Below are positions 37,192-50,301 of a stretch of 64,000 nucleotides of DNA, one piece after another. Source of the DNA: Utricularia gibba (taxonomy: Eukaryota; Plantae; Magnoliophyta). Each line of letters begins with the position of its first letter. The first letter of the stretch is position 1. The position numbers and the translations under genes were made by a program. The stretch is from the NCBI GenBank assembly GCA_002189035.1, contig NEEC01000024.1, positions 248,001 through 312,000 on the forward strand. The letters are read 5' to 3'. A model generated the notes under the pieces. The model did not search any database and was not told the DNA's origin. It saw only the letters and a program-made list of their open reading frames with translations.

Positions 37192-38728
37192 TGATAAACG
37201 AAAATTTTAGCATGTCGTTACAATATAACCAAATTTTCGTATCAAATAAATTTATAGTCCCTAATCCTCACAAAATACAAATTAACACAAAGTGTACAGT
37301 GGAATTAGGGATCGATCAAAAGGAGCTTGTGGTTGTCATGTATTTCAACAGATGCAGAATTCAAAGTAATGATAAGTCTTAGTCTAAGCTCGGACCAACA
37401 GTGGTAAACAAGTTCGTTAAAAAATAAGATCAATAAACAATATCAGGTCTCAATCCTAAAGGTAGCAGGTACTGGTTCTAACTTAGAATAATACTAAGGT
37501 GCCTTAAGGGTCTGTAGGTGGTCTGTTGCCAAAATCCCTAATTTAATCTATCATGTTCCTACACTCACAACTTCAAATAACCTAAGTCTAACCAGGTCAT
37601 TCATCATATTTTCAGCTAAGTTAGTCCCCCATATCATCACCAACATTACAATTAGGTCTACCGGCATGCAAAGCATATAGAACTAGGTCTACCCATTTCT
37701 ACTGGTTCTACCCTGGACTAACACCTACTGCTCCCATCTTGATTTGTTGGTATACCTCTAAATCAAGCATCTAAGTTGTGAAGCTACTTGTTCCCCTCGT
37801 TAGGTCTACCCATGGCTTGATAGAAACAAGACGTAAGAAACAATGGTAAATTTTATTAAGACACCTAAACCCACACCACCATGCTTCACCTTAAGACACC
37901 CCTAGGGTTTAGCTACTCATGCTTTCAAGGTAAAATGTAATGGCATTAAAATAAAACAATGAAAATGTTGAGAACATCGTGCAGAAGTTGGGTGCAAAAG
38001 CTAAAAACATCAACAAACTAAAATAAATCAGTAAGAGTTCTGGTTTCCGTCTGCTACTGTTCCTGGGTCGGAAAAGTAGCACTGAACTAGGTCTTGATCT
38101 TCTTCCTTCAAGCTGGAGGTTCTTCTCTAGAAAAATCGTCTTCCTTTCTCCTTCTCCTTTAGTATTCCTCGTGTTCAAGTTGGGGGAGAAACCCCCACAT
38201 GTGAGTGATGAAAAATGCGTTGTCCCCTTGCGATTCTCTCTCCTCTCCCTTTCTCTCGCCTCTCACTGCTCAAGGCAAGTACATTCTCTGACAGTTCTCC
38301 TGCTCCTGCCCCTGACTTGCAGACTGCTGTCGGGACAGTGCATTCATTGCTTCTTGCTATCGAGACAGTGTATTCATTACACGAAATCCTTGACTTTTCC
38401 ATGATTTTCGAGTAGCTGCTAGGCTCAAAATCGGGTTAGAACATGGATGGGCTAAAACAAGGGATATAGCCCACTAAAACACCAAAAATGATATTTTCCT
38501 AAATTATATATAAAAATACTTAAAACTATAAAATAAACAACTAAACATAAAAATCATTATTTTCATATCCTAAAAACATGAAAATTTGTGTGCTATCACA
38601 CTATGCTACAACGACACCAGAGTTGTCCCCAAGTCCTACCTAAGACTAACAGAAAATGGGTTCTTTCAGCATCAGTGATGAACATAAAAGCTAAGAATAA
38701 ATTTCGGTGCAGAAATGAAAGTGTGCAT

Positions 38729-39698
38729 TGATGGTGATTCTGCAAGTGCACATAAACCGTCGAAGTAATAAAATAAGATCGTATCCACAGGGAATTGTTA
38801 TTGGAATTTTCTTTTCAAAACAAAGACTCAAAAAGACCGAAAACAAAAGAAAGATTTGGTTTTAAAAACAAGAAGAAAAGTGGCATTGGCTTGGGATCCA
38901 TCTTGCTCAAAACTCGCCCAAACTTGTGTGTGTAAACCTTGAAGACTGACCTACTTGTGCAAGTTTTGAGGGTGTTATTCTAAAGTAGTGCTAATCGGTG
39001 ACCGTTATAGCATCGTCCCTTGTTTTTTGGGATTATGGAATCAACCACGCCACTAGAGCCATTTCACCTCTTGTGATAACCCATGTTTTCCCCACACCCA
39101 AATCTAACCCCTACACCTCACACCTCGCAGACAGAATAGACAGAATGTGCCTTACAAACGATGTCTGATTGAGCCCTTCTCCTTAGGTGCTTGAGGCCAA
39201 CCTTTGATTCTCTCACAATCCCTTCGGGTTATGTGATACTAAAGAGCACGTTGGTAAAGAAAACGTTGCGAAAAACAGAATCAAGCCTCAATTTAAATGT
39301 TGAAAAACATAGTAAAATAGTCACACACGCAGGACTTGCGCAAGCAAGGCTTCACCGTAGATCCTCAGACGCAAACCCCTACACGTGCAGACTCAACTCA
39401 AACATGAGAATAGACACGAAAATAGGAAAGATTCAAAGTAAAAGTGGTCAAAGACATCTCTAATAGTTGATTCGTGTCCCATCAAGTCCATAATTTGGTG
39501 GATCTTGATTTCTCCTCAAATTGATCCAAAAGTACCCAAAAAATCCAAAAAATACACTTTCTCTCCAAAAAGATCAAAGTAGTGTGAAAGATGCAAAATC
39601 AATTGAGAATAATGAGAAAGTGGAGTCTAAGATAAGTAAAAACAACACTCAAGAGTAGTGGAAGAACATGTTTTGGAACGACACAAAATCACTTATCG
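38729..39698 (-). mobile_element. Athila LTR family B acting as a 3' LTR, with PPT at 39700-39708
   Basis: Homologous to 20421-21109; followed by CTCCCCCACACTTAG...TGCTTGTCCTCAAGCAAT, the typical Athila pre-3'-LTR motif in reverse. Confidence 0.85.
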
Positions 39699-41024
39699 AC
39701 TCCCCCACACTTAGATATTGCTTGTCCTCAAGCAATTGTTCAAGGTATTTTCCTTCAAAGTAGTAAATTGCAAATAGAAGTAAAGCTAGCAAAATGGATG
39801 AGTTATTCAATATTACACCATCCACTAGCTCCCCTTGCACATAGCTACTCCTCACAAGTCACTCAATACGCTCAACAAAAGAAATCCATAAGAGGAGGGT
39901 GAAATGAAAAGAGGATCGCTCAATACCTGAATGTAGACGAGTTAGTAGACTTGCGCAAGTGATCCACTAGTTTCAGCAAGCTTGTGCAATCATGAGGTCT
40001 TTTTCTTGGGTTGTAGCACGGTAGGAGCTTGGGACAGGTAGGAAATTCGGTTGGAGGCTCCATTTGATGGGTAATAAGGAGTGAGCATCCATCAAACAAT
40101 TCTGTCATGCTTGCCTTTTGATTTTCGTACTCTAGGGAACTCCTTCTCTTTCATATTTGTGGCTTCTTTTCAACACCTCGGCCTTTTTTCTTTCTTCTTC
40201 TTCTCTCTCTCTTTTTTTTTTAAATCGATCTCTCTCTTTGATAGAATGTCTGTTGAAAATCCCTTCATAATTTGCTGAGATAGAGCTTGATCACTGAGTT
40301 GAAAATTGCTTTCAACTTTTCTTCTTTTGTAATAGAGCTCTTGTCAGAGTGTTAACCAAGCACTCACACCTTATAACACCAGGCTCCTTCATACTCCTCC
40401 GGATTAGTCTATCCCCGCTCACTCTTTCACTACTTATTGAGTCTGCACATGCTCTTTTAATATGTGCTGCTTTTTAGGACTTTGGTCTCAAATTTTTTTT
40501 CTTTTTTTTCTTAGACCCTTTATTCACCTTTCTTTTTTTTTTTGTCATGGTTGGCAACCAGTTCCATAGTGACTATGAAGTTCAACAACTCATATAAAAA
40601 TGATCTAGATCACACTCCTTAGATTCCTTTAGTCATACACATGCTCTCATAAAATCAAAAGATAAAAACATGCTCACGGGTATCAGAAAGGTTTACAAGG
40701 CTCATGCAACAGAATTCATCTAACAATTGTAATGTTCCATCACTTAGCCATCGGAAACAGTTTACTGCTACTAGACAAAACCTATGGTGAACACGACTCT
40801 AAGTCTAGACTTAGACTAATAGATAACATTCTCTCTCGACGTAAAGAAGATCCTAAACTTGAAAATAAAATAAAATAAAACAAAAATAAAAACCTACTAT
40901 ACTAAATCATTCAAGCAGCAGATTACTTATTCAGGGAGGCCTCGGGCACTCCCTGTTTTAACTCTATGATCACCCGAATTAAGTCTGAAATTTTGTCGCT
41001 CATCACCTCCAACATTTTTGGGCA

Positions 41025-41927
41025 TCAGTAGCGTTTCTCTCCCTGAGCTGGGGTTGAGGTTGATGGAGCAGCAGTGTCTCCCTTCTTCTTCCTTGGGATA
41101 ACGCTTCCTTCCCATCCTACCAAAGATCTGAAAACAAACCCACTTCCTTGGGCTTTGATTAGTCCAGCAATTTTTAAAGAATATGCATCCAATGGTACTA
41201 TCTTAGTCTCAACATGGAAGAATTCAAGTTCAAGTAGTTTTTCAGGGCAAAGAGTATGAGCCAGATGCGTAACAATATGACCAAAGCTTAGTTGCCGAAT
41301 TTTAGTATGCCTATAATCCCTATTCATTTGTTCAACAAGCATTGCACCTATGTTCAGAAACCGCTTACTCATAATGCACCACAACACAAATAATTCATGT
41401 TTGTAAAGAGCATTAAATCCAACGTTTTTACCAAAAAGAGTTGTAGTGACTAACATATGAACATAACGCATGAACGGATCAACAAAAAATTCAGATTTCG
41501 TTCCTTTTGCCTCAAATTCAATGACATGCTGATCAGTCAAAATTCCATAAAATTCTTCAACATCAAAGTCTACTGGATAATCGAATAAAGAAGCAGCGAA
41601 ATGATGCGAATCTACTTGCTGATTTGAGCAAAAACCAAGAGCAACATTCCACTCAGCCAAAGAAAACGAAAATTCAGTGCCCATCAAACGAAAGCAAACA
41701 ACAGCAGGCTCCAAAACAGTTTTTGGAATTTTGTAAATAAAAGTAGAGGCGAATTCATATGACAATTCCACATATGCAGGGAGTTTTAACTCAAATAAGG
41801 TCATAAAGGCAGAATTCTCAAACATGGTATAAACTTTATCCACTATGTTCAATTCAAAAAGTATTTCAAAGTCAATGTGACGGCAGGGCAATACCTTAGC
41901 ACCTTTTACCTCTCCATACCTATCCAC
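41025..41927 (-). CDS. Athila extra ('env-like'/ORF2) protein core, 300 codons open
   Basis: RHIDFEIL...AYVELSYEFASTF...FRLMGTEFSFSL.EWNVALG...RYVHMLVTTTLFG...ELFVLWCIM....NIG...FGHIVTHLAH. It lies between the post-pol ..GRQP motif (about 42720) and the PPT, in element sense. Confidence 0.72.
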   Translation of the reverse strand: MDRYGEVKGAKVLPCRHIDFEILFELNIVDKVYTMFENSAFMTLFELKLPAYVELSYEFASTFIYKIPKTVLEPAVVCFRLMGTEFSFSLAEWNVALGFCSNQQVDSHHFAASLFDYPVDFDVEEFYGILTDQHVIEFEAKGTKSEFFVDPFMRYVHMLVTTTLFGKNVGFNALYKHELFVLWCIMSKRFLNIGAMLVEQMNRDYRHTKIRQLSFGHIVTHLAHTLCPEKLLELEFFHVETKIVPLDAYSLKIAGLIKAQGSGFVFRSLVGWEGSVIPRKKKGDTAAPSTSTPAQGEKRY

Positions 41928-44900
41928 ATGTTCTGCTGTTTAAGACTTCAGGTATTTTTTGTTTAACATATCTACATGGTGCTGGAAGTAAGGGATTCCC
42001 TTTCCGGTTATTTGTCATTGAAATCGCTCCCTTTCCATTGCGAATCTCCCTGCATTCATGAAGGGATTCCCCTTCTTCTTAGGTGAGACCTGCTGCTCTA
42101 TTGGTGATTCTTCCTATGAAGCTCTTCTCTTCTTATAAGTCTGTTGCATGTCTTTCAACCATTGCTAGAGGCTAATATGCTCTAACTTGGAGGATGGGTC
42201 CTTCTGTTTTTTCTGTTTAGAGGACTCCCCAACCTCCGTTGTCTGAGGGATCACTTCTGCTTCTTAAGGATTTTCTGTGGTGACAGCAGCGGGCTGAACC
42301 ACTGCTTCTTGGGTTAGAGCGACGGTGGTGGTTGCTCCAACATCCTCAGTCCTTTCCTTCGCTTGCTCCTTTCTCATCTTTTTCTGGCCAGACTTCTCCT
42401 TTGTTGCCTTCTGTGCGCTTTGTCTCATCGGCATCATGTTTCTACAGCTGTGATTTTTCGCAGAAAAATCATAGACAAATGGGTGAAGTGAAGAACAGTA
42501 ACTGTTCTTCCAAACACTTTTAGGTAGGAAGGGCATTTTTGTCATTCCCTTTCGATTCAACTTCCCACTCATCTCAACGGTCTGATTTTTGTAACTCCGC
42601 ATCAATAACTCCTCTTAACACTAAAAAGAATTTCCCAGTAGCACAAAATAGGGATAAAAATCCTAAAATAACAACATTAAACTAAAAATTAAAATGCTGA
42701 AATTAAAAACTTAACCATGGGTTGCCTCCCATAAGCGCCCTTGTTTATAGTCATGGACCCGACTTCTCGTGTGGCTACTGATGGGGTATAACTTGGATGA
42801 GGATAAGCAGCTTTTGAAAAGCTGCCAAAAGGAGTCCTAATGGGACAACACCAGCCGACAGACCGATATGTGTCAGAGATTTGATAGCAACGGCCATATG
42901 GCACCATCTGAAAGGTGGCCGAATCGTATTAGAACAGGCGGCAATCATCTGAAAAGCAAGATCAGAGTATAAGTACAAAAAGTAGCCGACACCTGCAGAA
43001 CTCATGATTCGGTTAGATTGACCTCTTCTATAAATAGGAGAAGTTTTGAAGAAAAAAGGGTTTGATCCCTAACCCCCTACTCTGTATTTTTATCCCCACC
43101 TCCGTGGTTTTTCCGTTCTCCGATGGTTTCCACGTAAAAAATCGTCATCTTTCTTTATTTTTAAAAAACATCAAGAACAAAGTACAAAACCCAGATCCAT
43201 CCAAAACGCATCGGTTGAACTCCGTTACCCGGGAAATCAGTATCAACATTAGTACCGATTTTCGCCCTCAACATTTTGGCGCCCATCGCGGGGTAGATCT
43301 ATTGTCCCACTCGAGAAACCCACAGAAGCCGCTCATTAAACATCAAACATGGCGGAACATAGCCACCAATTCCGTGCATAAAGGAAGCGCCAGCATGCAA
43401 GACCCTAGCCTTATGGTCATCAGTAGGGAACAACTGAAGGCCCTTTTGACGGAAATCCTCTTCGACTTTAGGGCACCTTCGGGGCTGAACTTCAATGCAT
43501 AGGAGGGGACACCCGAAACCGCACCATGAGCATAAAAGCAACCCTTGATTCCAGAATATCCCCCGGACATGAAGATTGAATCCGAAACCGAGAAGGAGAT
43601 GTTGCGAAGAAAGAGGCGCAACCAAGTCATCTATGAGCCAGGAATGGATAGGGAAAACATGACTAGCAAAATTTTGAAAAAAAGGGAAGAAGAACTGAAG
43701 AGAGAGCTAGACCAGATTAGTGAGAGAAGAAGACCTGTCGGCAGACGGACGTTGCCAAAGGGAAGAGAGAATAGGGGTTTCAGGAATGCTGTCGATCATA
43801 ATGTATGCACTAGGAGAGGGGATGTTCTTGCCGATATTGATCTAGCTCTGAAGAGCGGTGTTGAAGGAGCAGCTGGAACCCCAGCGCTGAACTTTGATCC
43901 TTTCTCGAATGAGTTAATCGGGGAAGAGCCAGAGAGGGGATTCAAAGTCCCCGACGGACTACCCACGTATGAAGGAAAAAAAGACCCCATATCCCATGTA
44001 ACCGATTTCAACATGAGGATGGCTACGGTCTGGCATTCGGAAGCCATGAAGTGTAAGCTATTCACTTGCTCTCTCCAAAAGGGAGCAAAGATTTGGTTCA
44101 AGTAGTTAGAGCCATGCAGTGTGGGATCCTATCGGTAGTTGGTGTTACTCTCTACTACCCGGTATGCTATCAACATCGAAGCTCCACCTTCAAAGGCAGC
44201 ACTGTATTCTATTCGGTATGATCACCGAAAAGAGAGCTTGAGAAGATTTATCGACCGATTCAATTGCCTAGCGCAGGATGTTCAGCTGAATTTGAAGGAG
44301 AGGGTAGAAATAATGAAATGGGCCCTAGGAAAGTCGAAGCTAGGGCAGAGTCTGTCTAAGTCCCCACCGAAAAACCTCAAAGAATTGCTAAGGAAAATTA
44401 TGAAATACATCCAAGTTGATGACAACCTCAAGGCCGAAATGAAAAGCCGTGGAGAGATCCATCTGGTCCCGTAGCAAGAAACGCAGCCCATCCGAGCCCC
44501 CCGGCCGAATAAGCGCCGTGAGGACAAGATGTACTGGAAAGTTCAAGAAGTGCCCACCAGATACAAGGTAGCCCCCCATATATTCCGGAAATCCATGTGA
44601 TATCCGAGGGGGCCGAAATCGATGAATCCGAGAAAGCACGGAAGAGATATTTGGACGAAGCCAGAAGAGGAGAAGTCTTTGAGATTGGGAAATGTCTGAT
44701 TGAGAAAGCCACTTGGGAAAAGGAAGAGATCAACTTCTCCGACAAAGACATTCCAGTCAGCCCAGCAACATGAAATGAACCTTTGGTGGTATCAAGAATA
44801 TGCGGAAGCACTAAGGTAAGAAGGATTCTTATTGATCAAGGGTCTGCTTGCAACATTATGAAAAAGGAAGTCACCGAGCAACTAGCGTTGTCTAAAGAGG

Positions 44901-45885
44901 GAAATATCTGTCCCATGCGCATGGAGTTATACGCATTCGATCAACGGGCCGTACAGACAATCGGGAAGATATCCTTACCCGTAACATTCGGCGCATCGGG
45001 TTGAAACCGAGCCAAAGATTGAAAGGGATCCCTACCCTTTGCCAAAGATTGATAAACTAGTGGATGACATTGCCGAATCCTGATTCCTAAGCACCATGGA
45101 TGCCTATTCGGGATATCATCAAATCATCGTTGCCGAGAAGGACCAACCGAAAACCACCTTCTACACCAAGGATGGGGTTTACTGCTACGTGGCGATGCCC
45201 TTCAATTTGAAGAATGCTGGGGCGACTTATCAGAGGTTGGTGAACAAAATATTCTCTTCTTAAATCGGTACCTTAATGGATGTGTATGTGAACGCTATGA
45301 TTGTACAATCTATGAAGGAAGAAGACCATTTAGCGTATTTGGACTCTTGTTTCTCTTGATGTCGGTCGTATGGATTAAAGCTCAACCCACTGAAATGTTG
45401 CCTTGGGGTGCAAAGTGGAAAATTCCTTCGGTATTATGTATCGGAGAGAGGAATCGAAGCTGACCTTGAGAAGATTAATGCAATATGCGAAATGCAATCC
45501 CGAAGGACAATCAAGGAGTACCAGAGTCTCACGGGTAAATTGGCTGCCCTCAGCCGTTTCATATCTCGGTCGGCCGATAAGTCGGCATCTTTCTTCAAGG
45601 CCCTGCGAAAGGGAAATGCTTTGGAATGAAACGAGGATTGTCGGATCGACTTTGAGAAGCTCAAAGAGTATCTCTCACCAACTCCACTTCTGGTGGCTCT
45701 AAAAGAAGCGGAGCCCCTTGGGCTCTACCTATCAATATCGCCTGTCGCGGTCAGTGCGGTCTTAACAACCACCTTGGGATAAACACATGCCAGTGTATTA
45801 TGTGAGCAAGGTTTTATTACCGGCCGAAACCCGATACGCAGTGACAAAGAAATTCATCTTGGCTCTGAAAATGGCGGCCACTAAG

Positions 45886-46100
45886 TGATAAACGAAAAAT
45901 TTACACGTCGTAAATGTAAATCTTCCTATCAAATAAATTTATAACCTAATACACGTTCAAGCATAAAACAATTATGAGTATAGTGATTAGGGTCGAACAC
46001 GAAGAGCAGGTGCTTGCTATGTGAAGATTAATGCATGAAATCAGTGTACAATTTCATAGTTCTGTTAATGCACCGTAGGACAATTTTAGTCTTAGTACCG
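45886..46100 (-). mobile_element. Athila-type LTR terminal fragment replacing part of the Tat2 RNase H region
   Basis: Starts TGATAAACGAAAAATTT, like the LTR-A ends and 2335. The flanks correspond to Tat1 positions about 24960 and 25361; no TSD. Confidence 0.75.
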
Positions 46101-48129
46101 TAGGAGTTGCTAAACTCGACGTTTACACCGACTCGCGGCTAGTACAAGGACAATTTTCGGGTGAGTATGAAACCCATGACCCCTTAATGACTTTGTACTG
46201 TGCTAGGGTGAAGGAGTTGGCGAAGACTTTCAAGGAGTTTACCTTCTCGCACGTGGCCCACGAAGAAAACGGACCTGCGGAAAGCCTTGCCTGATTGGCA
46301 GCAGGGTTTCAGGAGCTGAAAGAAGGAAGTGTGGCAATTTGGTTGCGGGATAAACCCTCGGTAATCTTGCGAGCAGTGAACCATATTACCCAGCGACCAA
46401 GAAATGACATCTCCTTGCAGTTAAGTCTCCTCGAAGATTGGACATCGCCCTATAACTGATACTTACAAAACGGAGAAACGCCACCCGATTAATCGGAAGC
46501 CCGATAGTTGGAGACTAGGGCGAAGAGATTTGCACTGGTAAACGGAATTCTCTATCGAAGAGCATTAGATGGACCCCTATTGAGGTGTATCGGGAAGGAG
46601 CACACTCAAGAGCTTATAACCGATTTGCATGAAGGAATATTATTGGCCAACCATGAGGCAAGATATTACTGAGGTGGTGAAGAAGTGCAAAGTATGCCAG
46701 TACCATGCAAACATACCAAGAAAACCGATAAACGACCTAACCACTCTTCCACTCTCGTGCCCGTTTGATCGGTGGGGGTGGATATTATGGGGTCATTTCG
46801 CCAATCCTTGGGTCAGAAGAAATTTTTCATTGTGGGAGTTGAATATTTCTCCAAATGGGTAGAAGTCGAAGCCGTGGAAAAAATATCAGACGAGAGACTG
46901 TTATTCGATTTCTGTGGAGAAATTTCTTCATTCGATTCGGGATACCTCGAGAACTAGTGACCGATAACGGGACCCAATTTGTTGGAGGGAGAATGGATGC
47001 GTTCCTGGATAAATATTCTGTCAAGCACAACTTCACTTCGGTATATCATCCTCAGAGCAATAGCCTCATGGAGGTAGCGAATCGAATGCTCAGATAAGGT
47101 ATGCAGACCGAGCTTGAGGATTTCGGAGGGTCATGGGCAGACCACTTAGATGAGGTTCTGTGGTCATATCACACCACCCTCGAACCACCACGAAAGCAGT
47201 AGGCCCGATCGAGTTAATGCTAAAGAGGTAAAGGGTGGAACACTATAAAAAAGACAGAATATTTACAACCGACTAGGGGCTTACCAGAGAAGAACAAAAA
47301 AGAATTATAACAAGTATGTGTTCCCGAGGGAATTCTTGGAAGGAGACTTGGTACTCCGAAGCATCCAACCACAGAGACATGTGGAAAAATTAGACCGCAA
47401 TTGGGAAGGCCCTTATCGGATTTCAACGGTAATTAGAAAAGGAGCATATTGGCTAGAACAACTAGATGGCGTAGAATTCCCAAGGTCATGGAATGCATCA
47501 CATCTGAGGAAATTCTACGCTTGATCAGCTAGATATCAATCCCTATCCTAGGTTTTTGCAGTTTCCGGTATTCTCTTCGTCAAAACACTCAAGTGGCTAT
47601 AAATTCCTCCAAAGTGGAGATGAATTAACGAAATCGTAAGTCCTGGCCAAGTCACATAAGACCAAGCAAAACCCTGTAAGTCTAACTTGCAAGCCCTGGC
47701 CAAGTTAAGTAAGCCCAGGCGAACCTTCTAAGTCTGCGCCCTCGGATGGGCACACCAAACCAACTCAGGGCTTCCCCCGAATTATATCTTCCATGAAACC
47801 CAGGCCCCAGTGGTAAGGGAAAGCCCTGGTACAACTCGAGCGCCGGTTCCTGCAACCATCTGCAAGCCCCGAAAAAGCCCTTAGGTTCAACAAGCCAACC
47901 CGGGGCTCCCCTAGAATAGGTGACCTTTGAAATCCAGGCCCCAATAAAAAGGGTAAGCCCCGGTACAACTCGGGCATCGATTCCTCTAACCCGTTCACGT
48001 AAGCCCCGAAAAAGCTCTAAGTAAGGTGCACGCCTCCGAGCCTTGGAATGGCAAACGCACCTGAAACAAAGCCGACTATACCCCAAAAACTTGAATCCGA
48101 CTATACCCCAAAAACCTCCTCAATTCAGT

Positions 48130-49512
48130 TGGAACCGACGAGGGAGGAAGCACCAGGTCGCCCCTAACCTATGTCTGATCAAGCTCACTCGGTATAGCAT
48201 CAGGGGGGCCGAGGTCGAGGCATCCGCCGAAAAGAGCTCCGCGTTGGGAATCGGAGCCTCATCCGAAACTGGAGAAGGAGTGAGTTTCTCTTTCCCCTGG
48301 TCAACTAAGATAGGAGGAGTCGGATCCCGAGTCTCAGAAACTCCAACCACTTGGTTCCCCTTCGATGGGTGATCGCCAGCATCCAAATGAACTTCTAGGG
48401 ATCCAATCTAGAAAAAAAGGTAACAAAGTGAGAATCGGGAACCTATATTCACTGATAACGAAAAAGAGACCTGCACAGAAGGTGCCGCCATGGGTTCCTG
48501 TATCCTCTACATCTCGACGGAGAAGCGAGCCATCATCGAGTCTTCCAAAGCGCTCCTTCTGGCCATCTCTTCAGCTGCGAACGAGAACCGAGAAAACAGT
48601 GAGGTTTAATACAGATCTCAAAACTTGGGAGGGCCGGACCTAACTACCTCGCTGCCTCTTAGAGGGTTCATGGGCAGCTGCCTTAACCGTCTTCTTTTTC
48701 TTGGGGGCCGCGGGCTGAGCAATAGGGGGAGTCAGATTCGAGACATGAACGAGGGGAAGATTCGAAGGAGAAGGAGGGGGTAGAGTTTGTAACTCGGTGC
48801 TTCCCAAGGGCACAATATCGGGCCAATGGGGATCGCGAGAACGGCCAATAATATCTGACCTTCTTAGAGACTCCCCCGAAAACATCAAGGAACGAGTTTT
48901 GAATCGGAAGGAACCTCGGCTAAGCCTTTCGTACAAGGCATCACGTGATTCGGGCGAGGAACGATATACATCAGAGAGCTTCACTCTAAAGGGAGTTGGG
49001 GGATTTACCGGAAAGTTCCACCAAAAACCTGAAGGGGGCACCACCTAGAAAAAAAGGGGACCACCAGTCATGGTGGGTATCAGGAGCCTTCACAATGAAG
49101 TGAGGATTATCCTCAAATCAGCGGAACTGGAAGTGAGAGCGACCATCCATGGGGACTTTGCTTTTTGGACAGCAACTCTGAAAAGGTGAAGAAAATCTAC
49201 TAAGAACATGGTCGGATCCATACCAGCCGAATAGACTAAAAACGTAGCAAAACAAAAGATGGAATTAGGGGCAAGGCAGTAAAGTGGTATGGCGAAAGTT
49301 TGAAGGAACTGGACTATCATAGGGTGAAGAGAAAACCGTAAACCACTTTCGAAATAAGCAAAGGGGATCGGTAAGCTGAAGCGAGGAAGCGGGCTCTTAC
49401 CCAATCCCCACGAGATTTCAATATGCTGAGCGTGAGAAACTTGGTACTCATCACAGATCGAGTACCGAATGCAGAGAGAAGGGAGGTCCAACTCACTAGA
49501 TCTTCTATCCAT
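48130..49512 (-). pseudogene. Tat2 antisense extra ORF (TRP28-like), with stops
   Basis: MDRRSSELDLPSL..RYSI.DEY...PLPRFSLPIPFAYFESGLRFSLHP...PLYCLAPNSIFCF; WWNFPVNPPTPFRVKL; basic PKKKKTVK patch. The left boundary is approximate. Confidence 0.8.
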
Positions 49513-49736
49513 GTTCAGAAAAATGAAGGAAGAAACAAACCCTAAATGTAAACGGAAACTCGGGAGAGGGAAGAAGGCAAGCGAAAAAAGGTAGCCCAAT
49601 AAAATCCCATGAAACCCAACAGAGATGGTGAAGAACTGACTGATACCTGAAAAGTCGCAGTTCACAGTGGGAGTACGGCGGCGCAGGCAACGGACGAGGG
49701 TGACCTTGTTAGCAAGAACTCGAATAGTATGGGAGC

Positions 49737-50299
49737 TTGATTAATTAAGAGTTAACTAATAAATCCATTATTATGGCCTTTATTGAAGAAGCCTATAGGG
49801 TCACACAAAATAGTGGAGTCACTCAACGATATAAAATAGAATGACACAATTACATGAGATGTAATTGGTAAAGTGGATAAATTTAATTGAGAGTTATTTT
49901 GAGATTAATATTGATTAAACTCAAAATAAAAGGTCATATATAGATAAGATTTGGAACATATACATATCTCCACAAGATAAGATCTTTACGGAGATATGAT
50001 TTTATATGTTACCATATATCTATCAAAAGATTTAGATCTTGAGATATGCTCCAAGGGTCTTCGTGCTCTCTGAGACTAATCCACAAGGAGGCGTTTTTCT
50101 CTACTAGCACCTGAGGAATTCGACCAGCATTCAAGAGCCTTGAGAAGGTTATCGACGGAGTGCTCCACGTGTGGATACCATAGAGGCCGTCTGCTATTTG
50201 TGGTTCGTGAACAACAGAGTCATCTGAAAGGTATTTTAGAATCCCTTTGTCTAATGTATACCGTATTCCAAGATCTGCGTTGGGGGTTTCTGAAAATTT
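49737..50299 (+). mobile_element. Internal fragment of an Angela LTR with both ends missing
   Basis: Aligns to about 28457-28975; lacks TG/CA termini; joins Tat2 to the Athila protease region. Confidence 0.85.
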
Positions 50300-50301
50300 G
50301 G

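Larger units (their letters stand above)
42779..49735 (+). mobile_element. Second Tat/Retand element 'Tat2' (5' LTR 42779-43273, PBS 43277), internally deleted, 3' LTR missing
   Basis: TGATGGGG...CAACA LTR; PBS TGGCGCCCATCGCGGGG; gag-pol co-linear with Tat1 but lacking the equivalent of about 23432-24090 and about 24965-25360; antisense ORF on -. Confidence 0.9.

Noticed and set aside
37909-38178. Near-identical 89/122-aa ORFs at 37909 and 53140
   Set aside because: These lie in the two LTR-A copies; the identity reflects LTR duplication and the composition is low-complexity.
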